From the NCBI GenBank assembly GCA_041496385.1, contig JBGQEL010000028.1, forward strand, positions 1 to 44,416: a stretch of 44,416 nucleotides of DNA, read 5' to 3'. Numbering within the stretch: position 1 is the stretch's first letter; every line of letters starts with the position of its first letter. The position numbers were made by a program, and so were the translations under genes. The DNA comes from Candidatus Methylomirabilia bacterium. GTDB taxonomy: Bacteria; Methylomirabilota; Methylomirabilia; Rokubacteriales; CSP1-6. Positions 31,177 to 41,007 of the stretch are shown here, one piece after another. Below the pieces are notes generated by a model. That model was not told the DNA's origin and did no database searches. It saw only the letters and a program-made list of their open reading frames with translations.

Positions 31177-33602
31177 CGCGCTTCGCGGGACGTCTCGACG
31201 GCAGACGGCGTCAACGCCTGGCGCAGCACCTCCTCGGCGTCGTCGACGAAGATGAAGCGCAGCTGCTTGCGCAGCTCCTCCGGCACGTCCTCGATGTCGG
31301 GCTCGTTCCGTCGCGGCAGGATCACCTCGCGGATGCCGGCGCGGTGCGCCGCGAGAATCTTCTCCTTGATCCCGCCGACAGGGAGCACCTTGCCGCGGAG
31401 CGTGATCTCGCCCGTCATGGCCAGGTCGCCGCGCACCGGGCGCCGGGTGGCGAGCGAGGCCACCGCCGTCATGATGGTCACCCCGGCCGAGGGCCCGTCC
31501 TTCGGGATGGCGCCGGCCGGCACGTGCACGTGGATGGTCTTGCCCTCGAAGAGCCTGGGATCGATGTCGAGCGCCGCGGCGTTGGACCACACGTAGGAGA
31601 CGGCCGCCTGGGCGCTCTCGCGCATGACGTCGCCGAGCATGCCGGTGAGGACGAGCCGCTCCTCGGCGCTCGGCATCATGGTGGCCTCGACGAACAGGAC
31701 GTCGCCGCCGGCCGGCGTCCAGGCCAGGCCCGTCGCGACACCCGGACGGCTGGTCCGCTCGGACACCTCGTCGACGAACTTCGGCCGGCCGAGGTACGCG
31801 CCGACGTTCTCAGCAGTGAGCCGGAGGGGCTCACGCTGTCCCTCGGCCAGCCGGCGGGCCACCTTGCGGGCCACGGCGGCGATCTCCCGCTCGAGGTTCC
31901 GCACGCCGGCCTCGCGCGTGTACCCCCGCACGATCTGCCGGATGGACTCGGGCTCGAAAGCGAGCTCGTCGAGGGCCAGGCCATGGGCGGCGAGCTGCTT
32001 GGGAATCAGATACTCGCGCGCGATCCCGACCTTCTCCTCGTCCGTGTAGCCGGACAGCACGAGGATCTCCATCCGATCGCGCAGCGGTCCGGGGATGGTG
32101 TCGAGCGTGTTGGCCGTGGCGATGAAGAGCACCTGCGAGAGGTCGAAGGGCACCCCGAGGTAGTTGTCCACGAAGGTGTCGTTCTGGGCGGGATCCAGCA
32201 CCTCGAGCAGCGCGGAGGACGGATCGCCCCGCCAGTCCGCGCCGATCTTGTCGATCTCGTCGAGCATGAAGACGGGATCGCGCGTCTCGGCACGCCGGAG
32301 TCCCTGGATGACGCGCCCGGGGAGCGCACCGATGTACGTCCGCCGATGGCCCCGGATCTCCGCTTCGTCCCGTATCCCGCCCAGCGACATGCGCACGAAT
32401 CGCCGGTCGAGCGCGCGGGCGATGCTCTGGCCGAGGCTCGTCTTTCCCACGCCGGGGGGCCCGACGAAGCAGAGGATCGGCTCGCGGGCCGGGCTGTCAC
32501 CCGTCACGCGCGGCGCCGCGGCCGCGTCCACCCGGCCTGCGCGCTCCTGCCGGAGCTTCTTGACGGCCAGGTATTCGAGGATCCGGTCCTTGATCTTCTC
32601 GAGATCGAAGTGGTCCTCGTCCAGGACCTGACGGGCACGGCGCATGTCGATGATCCCGCCGCCGAGCTTGCTCCAGGGCAGGCTCGCCATCCATTCGAGA
32701 TACGTGACGACCATGCCGTGCTCCGGCGAGGCCGGCGAGATGCTCGCGAGCCGGGCGAGCTCGCGGTCGGCCTCGCGCCGTGCCTCATCGGGCAGGCGGG
32801 CTTCCTCGATCCGGCGGCGGAGCTCGGCCACCTGGCCGTCGCTTCCCTCGCCGTCCTCGCCGAGCTCCCGTTGAATCGATCGGAGCTGCTCGCGCAGGTA
32901 GAACTCGCGCTGCTTCTTGGAGAGCCGCTCCTCGGTGTCCGTGGTGATCTTTCGGCCCAGCTCGCGCACGGCCAGCTCGCGCTGCAGCAGGTCGATCAGG
33001 CGGCGAAGCTTGGCCGTGAGCGGATCCAGCTCCAGCAGCTCCTGTCGGACCGCCAGGTCGAGCGGCACCACCGACGCGACGAAGTAGGCCACGTGACGGG
33101 GATCGGTGACGCTCTCCACGGCGACGGCCAGCTCGTCGGGCAGCTCGGCGGACGCCTCCACGAGCCGGCGGAAGATGTCCACCACGGCGCGCCGGAGCGC
33201 GTCCACCTCCGTCGCCTCCGCGGTCTGGTCCGGTGCCATCTCGATCCGCGCGACCAGATAGGGCTCCGTCCCGGCCCAGTCCAGCAACCGGATCCGCTCG
33301 AGGCCCTGGACCATGAGGCGCACGCTGCCGTCGGGGGCCCGCGCGAGCTGGTGGATGACGCCCACGGTGCCGATGCGGTGGAGATCCTCGGGCTTGGCCG
33401 GCTCCGCTTTCGGATCGCGCTGCGCGACCAGCGCCACGAGCCTGTTGCCGCGCATGACGTCGTCGACGAGCCGGACCGAGCGCGGCTGCCCCACAACGAG
33501 GGGGACCGCCGTCATCGGAAACACCACCGCGTCCCGGAGCGGGAGGACGGGCAGCGCATCGGGAATGGTCGGCTCCGCGGAGCCGCCGGGCTCGACCGCC
33601 AT
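31173..33602 (-). CDS. lon: Lon protease (endopeptidase La)
   Basis: LPVLPLRD N-domain, GPPGVGKTS, RGHRRTYIG and PKDGPSAG...GGIKEK catalytic dyad; ATG overlaps the hsp20 stop. Confidence 0.97.
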   Translation of the reverse strand: MAVEPGGSAEPTIPDALPVLPLRDAVVFPMTAVPLVVGQPRSVRLVDDVMRGNRLVALVAQRDPKAEPAKPEDLHRIGTVGVIHQLARAPDGSVRLMVQGLERIRLLDWAGTEPYLVARIEMAPDQTAEATEVDALRRAVVDIFRRLVEASAELPDELAVAVESVTDPRHVAYFVASVVPLDLAVRQELLELDPLTAKLRRLIDLLQRELAVRELGRKITTDTEERLSKKQREFYLREQLRSIQRELGEDGEGSDGQVAELRRRIEEARLPDEARREADRELARLASISPASPEHGMVVTYLEWMASLPWSKLGGGIIDMRRARQVLDEDHFDLEKIKDRILEYLAVKKLRQERAGRVDAAAAPRVTGDSPAREPILCFVGPPGVGKTSLGQSIARALDRRFVRMSLGGIRDEAEIRGHRRTYIGALPGRVIQGLRRAETRDPVFMLDEIDKIGADWRGDPSSALLEVLDPAQNDTFVDNYLGVPFDLSQVLFIATANTLDTIPGPLRDRMEILVLSGYTDEEKVGIAREYLIPKQLAAHGLALDELAFEPESIRQIVRGYTREAGVRNLEREIAAVARKVARRLAEGQREPLRLTAENVGAYLGRPKFVDEVSERTSRPGVATGLAWTPAGGDVLFVEATMMPSAEERLVLTGMLGDVMRESAQAAVSYVWSNAAALDIDPRLFEGKTIHVHVPAGAIPKDGPSAGVTIMTAVASLATRRPVRGDLAMTGEITLRGKVLPVGGIKEKILAAHRAGIREVILPRRNEPDIEDVPEELRKQLRFIFVDDAEEVLRQALTPSAVETSREAR

Positions 33603-34015
33603 CACCCGGCCCCGCCACGCTTCGGCAGCGTGATGCGGAGGAGGCCTCGATCGTAGCGCGCCTCGACGCGCTCGGCGTCCACGGGCGCCGGCAAGGGCAG
33701 CTCGACCCTGAAGGGCCCCTGGCGGATGCCGACGGCATGGTAGACGGTCTCGTCCGGGCACGACGGGAGCCGGCGGAGCCCCTCGACGACCAGCGCGTCC
33801 TCGAAGAGCTGCACCTCGAAGTCGTCCTCGTCGAGGCCGGCGAGGTCCACGGAGATCTCGACGGTGGTCGCCGTCTCAGCCGTGTCGGCATCGGGCCGCC
33901 AGTGGGCCTGCACGAGCAGGCGCAAACGATCGCTCTGCCAGATGTCGCCGAAGGGCCACGTCCGGTCGGAGCGCGCGGTCATCGCGTAGCGATAGCTCAG
34001 GCGTCGGTAGCGCAT
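33602..34015 (-). CDS. Hsp20/alpha-crystallin small heat-shock protein
   Basis: WRPDAD..ET, DLAGLD, GPFRVELPLP and ARYDRGLLRITLPK motifs. Confidence 0.9.
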   Translation of the reverse strand: MRYRRLSYRYAMTARSDRTWPFGDIWQSDRLRLLVQAHWRPDADTAETATTVEISVDLAGLDEDDFEVQLFEDALVVEGLRRLPSCPDETVYHAVGIRQGPFRVELPLPAPVDAERVEARYDRGLLRITLPKRGGAG

Positions 34016-34038
34016 GGTCTTCTTTCGGTGAGGGTCTG

Positions 34039-34067
34039 AGTGTGCGCGCGCGGGCCGACGCCGTCAA
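34039..34067 (-). promoter_or_regulatory. Candidate sigma70-type promoter of the hsp20-lon operon
   Basis: TTGACG-N17-CACACT. Confidence 0.45.
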
Positions 34068-34092
34068 TGTCGTATCATACCGGGCCAGGACG

Positions 34093-35316
34093 ATGCTGAG
34101 CGCGCAGGACAACGAGAGCCTGACCCGCGTGGGCCGCGGCACACCGATGGGCGAGCTGATGCGGCGCTATTGGCAGCCGATCGCGGCCGTGGCGCAGCTC
34201 GACGAGCGCCCCACCAGGGCCGTGCGGCTCATGGGCGAGGACCTCGTCCTCTACAAGGACGCGGGCGGACGCTACGGCCTGCTCGATCGTCACTGCGCGC
34301 ACCGCCGGGCGGATCTCTCCTACGGCGTCGTCGAGGCGCGTGGCCTGCGCTGCCACTATCATGGCTGGCTCTACGACGGCGCCGGGACATGCCTCGAGCA
34401 GCCCTTCGAGGAGATCGCCCACCCCGAGGCGCGGTTCAAGGACAAGATCACGCTCACGGCCTACCCGGTGGAAGCGAAGGCGGGCCTGCTCTGGGCCTAT
34501 CTGGGGCCCGCGCCGCCGCCGCTCGTCCCCGATTGGGACCTCTTCCACGAGCGCGGCTACAAGCAGATCGTCTTCGCCGAGATCCCCTGCAACTGGTTCC
34601 AGGGACAGGAGAACTCGATCGACCCGGTCCATTTCGAGTGGCTCCACTCGAACTGGTCGGCCGCGCTGCGCGGGGACGGCGCGCGGGCGCCCCGGCACGT
34701 GAAGCTCGCGTTCGACGAGTTCGAGTGGGGCTTCGTCTACCGCCGCGTGCGCGCGGACACGACGGAAGAGGACGAGCTGTGGACGGTCGGCCGGGTTTCC
34801 CTCTGGCCCAACTGCCTCTACACGGGGAAGTTCGAGTGGCGCGTTCCGATCGACGACGAGACCACGCTCCACGTGGCCTGGTTCAACGATCCCGTGCCTG
34901 GCGCCGAGCCGTTCGAGCAGCGGCGCATCCCCTACTGGTACGGCCCCATCACGGACCCGACGACCGGACGGCTGATCACGAGCCACATCATGAATCAGGA
35001 CTTCGTCGCCTGGATCGGTCAGGGCACGATCGCCGACCGCACGCGGGAGCACCTGGGCGAGAGCGACCGGGGCGTCATCCTGTTCCGCAAGCGGATGCTC
35101 GAGGAGGCCGCCCTCGCCGCGCGCGGCGGCGACCCCAAGGCCGTCATCCGCGATCCCGTCAAGAACGACCGGCTCGCCCTGCCGCGCGTGCGCGCGGGCC
35201 GCGGGGCGCCCGTCGCGCCGCCGGGTGGGCCGCGGCCGATGGTGTTCCACGCCGGGCAGCCGCCGGAGATCGCCGAGGAGATGCGGCGCATCTGGGCCGA
35301 GCGCGGGCAGCCCTAG
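34093..35316 (+). CDS. Rieske non-heme iron oxygenase alpha subunit (LigX/phthalate dioxygenase-like)
   Basis: LTRVGRGTPMGELMRRYW; Rieske CAH...CHYH; mononuclear Fe site ENSIDPVHFEWLH; start at ATG 34093. Confidence 0.92.
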   Translation: MLSAQDNESLTRVGRGTPMGELMRRYWQPIAAVAQLDERPTRAVRLMGEDLVLYKDAGGRYGLLDRHCAHRRADLSYGVVEARGLRCHYHGWLYDGAGTCLEQPFEEIAHPEARFKDKITLTAYPVEAKAGLLWAYLGPAPPPLVPDWDLFHERGYKQIVFAEIPCNWFQGQENSIDPVHFEWLHSNWSAALRGDGARAPRHVKLAFDEFEWGFVYRRVRADTTEEDELWTVGRVSLWPNCLYTGKFEWRVPIDDETTLHVAWFNDPVPGAEPFEQRRIPYWYGPITDPTTGRLITSHIMNQDFVAWIGQGTIADRTREHLGESDRGVILFRKRMLEEAALAARGGDPKAVIRDPVKNDRLALPRVRAGRGAPVAPPGGPRPMVFHAGQPPEIAEEMRRIWAERGQP

Positions 35317-35527
35317 CCTGAACTATTCATGAACGACAACACGCGAGGCGGACGGGTCCTGGCGCCGCGGCTGTGCCCGCGCCCCCGGCTCCGTCACCCA
35401 CTCGCCCGAGCGCAGCTCTTCGAGCTGCGGACGGGACTCGGGGGTCCCACTTCGCCGGCCGCGCGGGCACAGCCGCGGCGCCACCCGTCCGACTGCGATA
35501 TCGTCGTTCATGAATAATCCGGGCTAG
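35313..35527. mobile_element. MITE-like palindromic element flanked by CTAG
   Basis: Terminal inverted repeats match at 22/25 positions including CTAG; perfect internal 23-bp inverted repeat at 35360-35382/35461-35483; central hairpin at 35411-35429; no transposase. Confidence 0.8.
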
Positions 35528-35541
35528 CCGGGGAGCGTGCG

Positions 35542-36492
35542 ATGGCGAGACTGGTCGGGGTGCTCAACATGGCGCACAGTCCGTTCTGCTACATGGCGCC
35601 CGAGAAGTGGAACGAGGTGCGCGCGAGCCGGTCGCTCAGGCCGGACGTGCCGCTCGACGACCTGGACGCCAACCGGGCGAAGGCCCGGCGCATCGCGGCG
35701 GCGTTCGGCGCGCTGCGCGCGGCGCTCGCCGCCGCCGCCCCCGATGTAATCGTCGTGTTCGGCGACGACCAGCTGGAGCGCTTCGACTTCGCCAATTTTC
35801 CGGCCTTCGCGGTCTACGCGGGCGCGACGCTCGAGGGCCGGCTCTCGACGGGCGCCAGCGCGCGCGTCCCGGGCCATCCCGCGCTCGCCGCGACGCTGCT
35901 CACCGGCCTCATGCGGCGCGGCTTCGACCCGGCGTTCTGCATGGACGCGGGGAAGGCCGAGCGCGGCATCGGCCACGCCTTCCTGCGACCCGCGGAGTCG
36001 CTGACCGACCTGACCACGCCGATCGTGCCGCTCTTCGTCAACTGCTACTATGCGCCGCAGCCGACGGCGCTGCGCTGCTACCAGCTCGGCCGCGCGGTGC
36101 GCGAGATTCTCGAAGAGCATCGCGACGACCTGCGCGTGGCCGTCGTCGGCTCGGGCGGCCTCTGGCACACGCCGCGGGCCAAGGACGCGCACCTGGACGA
36201 GGCGTTCGACCGGGCGATGCTCGACCGCATGACGGCGGGCGACGCCCGGGGCATGGCACGGCACTTCGACGCCTACACGCCGCCCGCGGGTGACCGGAGC
36301 CAGGAGGTCGGCGCGGGCGGACCCACAACCGGGCTGCCGCGCCCCGGCGGGCCCGAGGGCGGCACGCGCGAGACGTGCAACTGGATCGCGGCCGCCGCGG
36401 TCGCCGACGGCAAGCCAGCGATCGTCGTCGACTACGTGCCGATCTATGCCTCGCCCATCGGCGCCGGCTTCGCCCGCTGGCCCGAGGTCTAG
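35542..36492 (+). CDS. LigB-family (class III) extradiol dioxygenase-like protein
   Basis: AHSP, PDVIVVFGDDQ, GHAF, IVPLFVNCYY, RCYQLGRAV and GSGGLWH motifs. Confidence 0.85.
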   Translation: MARLVGVLNMAHSPFCYMAPEKWNEVRASRSLRPDVPLDDLDANRAKARRIAAAFGALRAALAAAAPDVIVVFGDDQLERFDFANFPAFAVYAGATLEGRLSTGASARVPGHPALAATLLTGLMRRGFDPAFCMDAGKAERGIGHAFLRPAESLTDLTTPIVPLFVNCYYAPQPTALRCYQLGRAVREILEEHRDDLRVAVVGSGGLWHTPRAKDAHLDEAFDRAMLDRMTAGDARGMARHFDAYTPPAGDRSQEVGAGGPTTGLPRPGGPEGGTRETCNWIAAAAVADGKPAIVVDYVPIYASPIGAGFARWPEV

Positions 36493-36501
36493 CCGCGCGC
36501 G

Positions 36502-37830
36502 CTACCCCCTGGCGTACCTCGCGTAGATCTCGACGATCCGCTTCTGGCACTCGTCGAGCGCCTTGGCCGCCTCCCAGTTCTCGACCAGCACGCGCTGGAT
36601 CATCTTGGGGATGACGTGCGTGTTCAGCACCTCGCCGGCGGCCGGCGTCGGGGATCCGGCGTAGCTCACCGGCACGCCCGTCTCCGCCATCTGGATGAAG
36701 TGCTTGAACGCGGGCCGCTCCTTCCAGAACGGGCTGTCGAAGAGCCGCTTGTAGACCGGGACCCAGCGCCCGCCGGTGGACTGGATGATCTTGTCGTAGT
36801 TGGCCGGGTGCATGAAGTATTCGAGCAGCCCCTTGGCCAGCTCGGGATAGGGGTTCTTCTTGAACGCGCCGTAGGCCCAGGTGTCGATCTGGTTGACGGT
36901 GCCCTTGGGCCCCGCCGGCACCGGGAAGAGCCCCGTCACCTTCTGGAGATCCTTGTCGTTGCCGTCGAGGTACGCGTAGATGCTCGACGGGTTCATGACG
37001 AACGCGGCCTGCTTGGACTGGTAGGCCTTGTTGTTCCCCGAGTTGTCCCACGAGATCGCGCCGGGCGGGATGATCTTGTGCGTCTTGAACATCGCGTCGA
37101 TCATCTTGACGCCGGCGACGTTCTCCGGCGAGCTCATCACGACCGTCTTGTTGTCCGCCTCGACCATCTTGCCGCCGTAGCACCAGAGGAGGTTCATCAC
37201 GTTGTCCGTCGTGTCCTCCACCAGGCCGAGGCACAGGCCGAAGGCGAAGAGACGCGGCGGCGACTGGATCTTCTTGCTCGTCTCGACGAACTCGTCCCAG
37301 GTCTTCGGGTACTCGACCTTGGCCTGCTCGAGGAGGTCGAGCCGCGCGTGGACGGGCCAGGGGTTGACGGCCAGGGGCACGCCCATTGCGCGGCCCTTGT
37401 AGACGACCGACGTCAAGGCCGACTCGAAAATGCCCTTGGGCTCGCGCCGCATCTTCTCGACCAGATCGTGAACGTCGAGGAGGTGGCCCAACGCGGCGTA
37501 GTACTGGACGTTGGATTCGTAGAGCCGGGCCACGTCCGGCGGGTTGCCGGCCTCGATCGCGGCGGCCAGCTTGGGCTGGAAGGACTCGTTGGCCACGACC
37601 GCGTACTCGACCTCGGACTCCTTGACGCCCGCCTGCTTGGCGAACTCGTACACCTGCTGCTTCTGGAGCTCGTCGGCGAGCGGCGTGAAGTTCGGCACGT
37701 GCCAGAACACGATCTTCTTCGCCCGCTGCGCCTGGCTCTTGCCGACCATCCACCATGGCGACGTGGCGACCACCGCCGTGACGCCCGCACCCTTGAGCAC
37801 CTGCCGTCGCGTCATCCGCGCTGCGCGCAT
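36502..37830 (-). CDS. CUT1-type ABC transporter substrate-binding protein with Tat signal
   Basis: TRRQVLK twin-arginine motif; GNPPDV and PKTWDEF motifs; AAAGGAG SD. Confidence 0.9.
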   Translation of the reverse strand: MRAARMTRRQVLKGAGVTAVVATSPWWMVGKSQAQRAKKIVFWHVPNFTPLADELQKQQVYEFAKQAGVKESEVEYAVVANESFQPKLAAAIEAGNPPDVARLYESNVQYYAALGHLLDVHDLVEKMRREPKGIFESALTSVVYKGRAMGVPLAVNPWPVHARLDLLEQAKVEYPKTWDEFVETSKKIQSPPRLFAFGLCLGLVEDTTDNVMNLLWCYGGKMVEADNKTVVMSSPENVAGVKMIDAMFKTHKIIPPGAISWDNSGNNKAYQSKQAAFVMNPSSIYAYLDGNDKDLQKVTGLFPVPAGPKGTVNQIDTWAYGAFKKNPYPELAKGLLEYFMHPANYDKIIQSTGGRWVPVYKRLFDSPFWKERPAFKHFIQMAETGVPVSYAGSPTPAAGEVLNTHVIPKMIQRVLVENWEAAKALDECQKRIVEIYARYARG

Positions 37831-37847
37831 CGATCGTCTCCTTTGGC

Positions 37848-38690
37848 CTACCCCTTCACCGCGCCGAGGGTGAGGCCCTTGACCACCCATCGCTGAAAGA
37901 TCAGGTAGAGCACCAGGGGCGGCAGCGCGCTGATGAACGACGCGCCCATCATCGGCCCCCAGAAGAACACGTCCTCGACGATGAAGAGCGTCAGGCCCGT
38001 GGTGATCGTGCGGACCTCGACGCTGTTCACGAAGACGTTCGCGTACAGGAACTCGTTCCACGACTGCGTGAACGAGAAGAACGCCACCACGGCGAGCGCC
38101 GGCAGCGACATCGGGAGGATGATGCGCACGAGGCTGCCGAGGCGGGTACACCCGTCGACGAGCGCCGCCTCCTCGAGCTCGAGCGGCACCGAGCGGAAGT
38201 ATCCCATGAGGAGCCACGTGCAGAAGGGCACGCTGAAGCCGAGATAGGCCAGGATCAACCCCTGGTGCGTGTCCACGAGCCGGAGCGTGGACATGACCGC
38301 GAAGAGCGGGATGAAGAGCAGCGCCGGGGGCACGAGATACGTGAACACGAGCCCGCGCGCGATCAGCGCCCGGCCCGGGAACCGGAGCCGCGCCAGCGCG
38401 TAGGCGCCGAGACAGCCGAACACCAACGACGTGATCGTGGTACCGAGCGCGATGATGGTGCTGTTCCGGAGGTACTTGACGAACGGCGTCGTCTTGAAGA
38501 GCCGCGTGTAGTTCGCGAGCGTGGGCTGCCGCGGGATCAGCGTGGCCTCGAAGCCGTAGATCTCCTTGTCCTTCTTGAGGGACGTCACGATCATCCAGTA
38601 GAACGGCACGAGCGTCCACACCAGCATCAGCACCAGCAGCCCGTCGCCGATCCGGCGCAGCACTCGCCGCGTGCCCGAGACGGAGCGCAT
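37848..38690 (-). CDS. CUT1 ABC permease (MalG-like)
   Basis: EAA loop ELEEAALVDG and SWNEFL motif. Confidence 0.92.
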   Translation of the reverse strand: MRSVSGTRRVLRRIGDGLLVLMLVWTLVPFYWMIVTSLKKDKEIYGFEATLIPRQPTLANYTRLFKTTPFVKYLRNSTIIALGTTITSLVFGCLGAYALARLRFPGRALIARGLVFTYLVPPALLFIPLFAVMSTLRLVDTHQGLILAYLGFSVPFCTWLLMGYFRSVPLELEEAALVDGCTRLGSLVRIILPMSLPALAVVAFFSFTQSWNEFLYANVFVNSVEVRTITTGLTLFIVEDVFFWGPMMGASFISALPPLVLYLIFQRWVVKGLTLGAVKG

Positions 38691-38692
38691 CT

Positions 38693-39637
38693 CTAGTCGT
38701 CCGCCGGCCGCAGCATGCGGCGGGTCAGGAGCAGGATCAGGATCACCAGCAGCGGGAAGAACGCGAGCGTGACGGCGGCCCCCATGCCGAGCCGTCGCGC
38801 GCCGAGCGCCGTCGTGTAGGCGAGGTGCGGGAAGATCTCGGTCCGGCTCGCCGGCCCGCCGCGGGTCAGCAGGAGCACGAACTGCAGATTGGTGGCGGTC
38901 CAGATCGTCGAGAGCATCACGGTCGTCAGGAAGATCGTGCGCAGGCGAGGCACCGTGACGTAGAAGAACTGCTTGACGACCGACGCGCCGTCGATCTCCG
39001 CGGCCTCGTACAGCTCCTTGGGGATCGCCTGGAGCCCGGCGAGGAAGGTCATCGAGTAGAAGGGCGTCCCCGCCCAGACGACGACGGCGATCACGCAGCC
39101 CATGGCCAGGCCCGGGTCGGAGAGCCAGGAGATGATGTTGCGGCTGAGATGCGTCGTGATGAGGAAGTTGTTGAGGAAGCCGCTCAGGTCGTCGTAGATC
39201 CAGCGCCAGTTCAGCGCGACGATCACGATCGGCACCGCCCAGGGCACGAAGAGCAGCGTCCGGAAGAAGTTGTTCCAGCGCCGCTCCTGGTCGAGGATGA
39301 GCGCCATCGTGAGCCCGAGCACGAACTTCAGCGCGACGGCGACGACCGTGTAGACGATGCTGTTCCACGCCGTTCTGAGGAACACCTCGTCCTGCAACAG
39401 CTCGAGATAGTTCGCCAGACCGACGTAGCGGCCGGGCGCGCCGACCATCTTGTCCTGGAGGCTCAGGAGGACGGCCGCGCAGAACGGGTACGCGACGAGG
39501 AAGAGGATGACGAGCAGCGTCGGCGTCAGCAGGGCGTACGCGAGCCGCCCCTCCCGGCGCAGCGCGAACGACGGGCGCCGGGGGAGCGCGACGCCGACCG
39601 GAACATCCGCGACCGCCTCGTGCGTCCGGAGCGCCAT
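38693..39637 (-). CDS. CUT1 ABC permease (MalF/UgpA-like)
   Basis: VGLANY motif and EAA loop LQAIPKELYEAAEIDGA. Confidence 0.92.
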   Translation of the reverse strand: MALRTHEAVADVPVGVALPRRPSFALRREGRLAYALLTPTLLVILFLVAYPFCAAVLLSLQDKMVGAPGRYVGLANYLELLQDEVFLRTAWNSIVYTVVAVALKFVLGLTMALILDQERRWNNFFRTLLFVPWAVPIVIVALNWRWIYDDLSGFLNNFLITTHLSRNIISWLSDPGLAMGCVIAVVVWAGTPFYSMTFLAGLQAIPKELYEAAEIDGASVVKQFFYVTVPRLRTIFLTTVMLSTIWTATNLQFVLLLTRGGPASRTEIFPHLAYTTALGARRLGMGAAVTLAFFPLLVILILLLTRRMLRPADD

Positions 39638-39643
39638 CGCGCG

Positions 39644-39672
39644 ATTATTCGCGCTCGGTTCGTGGCTGTCAA
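39644..39672 (-). promoter_or_regulatory. Sigma70 promoter of the ABC operon (leaderless type)
   Basis: TTGACA-N17-AATAAT, followed 6 nt later by ATG 39637. Confidence 0.75.
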
Positions 39673-39685
39673 GTTAGAGTGACCC

Positions 39686-40213
39686 ATGCCGGCCACTCCA
39701 CCGCGGTTCCAGCTGCGCAAGATCGGTCACGTCGTGCTCAACGTCAGCGACCTCGACGCGGCCGTGCGCTTCTACGAGGGGGTACTCGGCCTCAGCGTCA
39801 GCGACCGCTACCCAGACACCATGGTCCCGGGCGGCATGGTGTTCCTCCGCTGCAACACCGACCACCACGGCGTCGCGCTGGTCGGCGGCGCCCGGAAGCT
39901 TGAGCGCAGCAGCCTCAACCATTTCGCCTTCGAGGTGGGAAGCCTCGACGAGGTGTTCCGCGCCCGGGCCTGGCTCCGCGAGCACGGCGTGCCCATCCAC
40001 TTCGAGGGGCGGCGGCGCGCGGGCTGTCAGGTCGCCGTGGAGTTCCGGGACCCCGACGGCAACAATCTGGAGATCTACTGGGGCCTCGATCAGGTCGGCA
40101 CGGGCGGTGACGTCCGGCCACCGAGCGAGTGGCGGCAGGCCCTCACGCTCGAGGACGCCGTCGCCAACCCCGTCGCCGGCCAGCGCCTCCCCGACGTCCC
40201 CGCCGTCGAGTAA
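39686..40213 (+). CDS. VOC/glyoxalase family protein (catechol dioxygenase-like single domain)
   Basis: IGHVVLNV, DHHGVAL, LNHFAFEV and FRDPDGNNLE motifs. Confidence 0.9.
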   Translation: MPATPPRFQLRKIGHVVLNVSDLDAAVRFYEGVLGLSVSDRYPDTMVPGGMVFLRCNTDHHGVALVGGARKLERSSLNHFAFEVGSLDEVFRARAWLREHGVPIHFEGRRRAGCQVAVEFRDPDGNNLEIYWGLDQVGTGGDVRPPSEWRQALTLEDAVANPVAGQRLPDVPAVE

Positions 40214-40245
40214 CGGGCGGGCGCGGCGCCTCCCCGGCGCCGCCG

Positions 40246-40995
40246 TCAGGCCATGTAGGCGCCGCCGTTGACGTGGATCAGCTCGCCCGTGACCCACGCC
40301 GCCTCCTCCGTCGCGAGGAAGACGGCGATGCGCGCGATCTCGTCGGGCTGCGCCATCCGGCCCAGCGGCACCTCGCGCGCCTTGAGCGCCAGCTCCGCCT
40401 CGGTGTTGCCGTAGCGCGGCTGCGCGGTGTCCGTCAGCCCCGGCGCGATCGCGTTCACCCGGATCCGGTGCGGCGCGAGCGCGAGCGCCATCGCACGCGT
40501 CAGGCCGACGATCCCGGCCTTGCTGGCCGAGTAGTGCACGCCGCGCGCGTCGCCGCGCACGGCCGACGAGGAGATGTTGACGATCGCGCCCGGGCGCCCC
40601 GCGGCGACCATGGCCCGCGCCACGGCCTGCGCGGTGAGGAAGCTGCCCTTGAGATTGACGCCGAGGACGTGGTCCCAGTCGCGCTCGGCCAGCTCGAGGA
40701 AGGGCGCGCGGGGAAAGACGCCCGCGTTGTTCACGAGCACGTCCGGCGGCCCCAGCTCCTCGACGACCGCCGCGACCAGGCGCTCGACCTCGCCGCCGCG
40801 CGAGACGTCGCCCTGAACGACGAGCGCCCGGCGGCCGAGGGCGCGCACCTCGTCGCCCAGGCGCTCGGCCGCGGCGCGATCGTCCAGGAAGTTGATCGCG
40901 ACGGCGGCGCCGTCGCGCGCGAGCGCGATCGCGATCGCCCGCCCGATCCCCTGCTGGGCGCCCGTGACGAGTCCGATCTTTCCTGCGAGTCGCAT
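40246..40995 (-). CDS. SDR family oxidoreductase
   Basis: TGAQQGIG, NNAG, YSASK and VNAIAPG motifs. Confidence 0.95.
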   Translation of the reverse strand: MRLAGKIGLVTGAQQGIGRAIAIALARDGAAVAINFLDDRAAAERLGDEVRALGRRALVVQGDVSRGGEVERLVAAVVEELGPPDVLVNNAGVFPRAPFLELAERDWDHVLGVNLKGSFLTAQAVARAMVAAGRPGAIVNISSSAVRGDARGVHYSASKAGIVGLTRAMALALAPHRIRVNAIAPGLTDTAQPRYGNTEAELALKAREVPLGRMAQPDEIARIAVFLATEEAAWVTGELIHVNGGAYMA

Positions 40996-41007
40996 GCGCG
41001 AGGCCCC

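Noticed and set aside
34016..34092. CIRCE or HAIR heat-shock operator
   Set aside because: Neither TTAGCACTC-N9-GAGTGCTAA nor a CTTGAGT-N7-ACTCAAG-like dyad is present.
35323..35517. Mirror-image 62-aa ORFs on both strands starting MND
   Set aside because: By-products of the palindromic element's inverted repeats.
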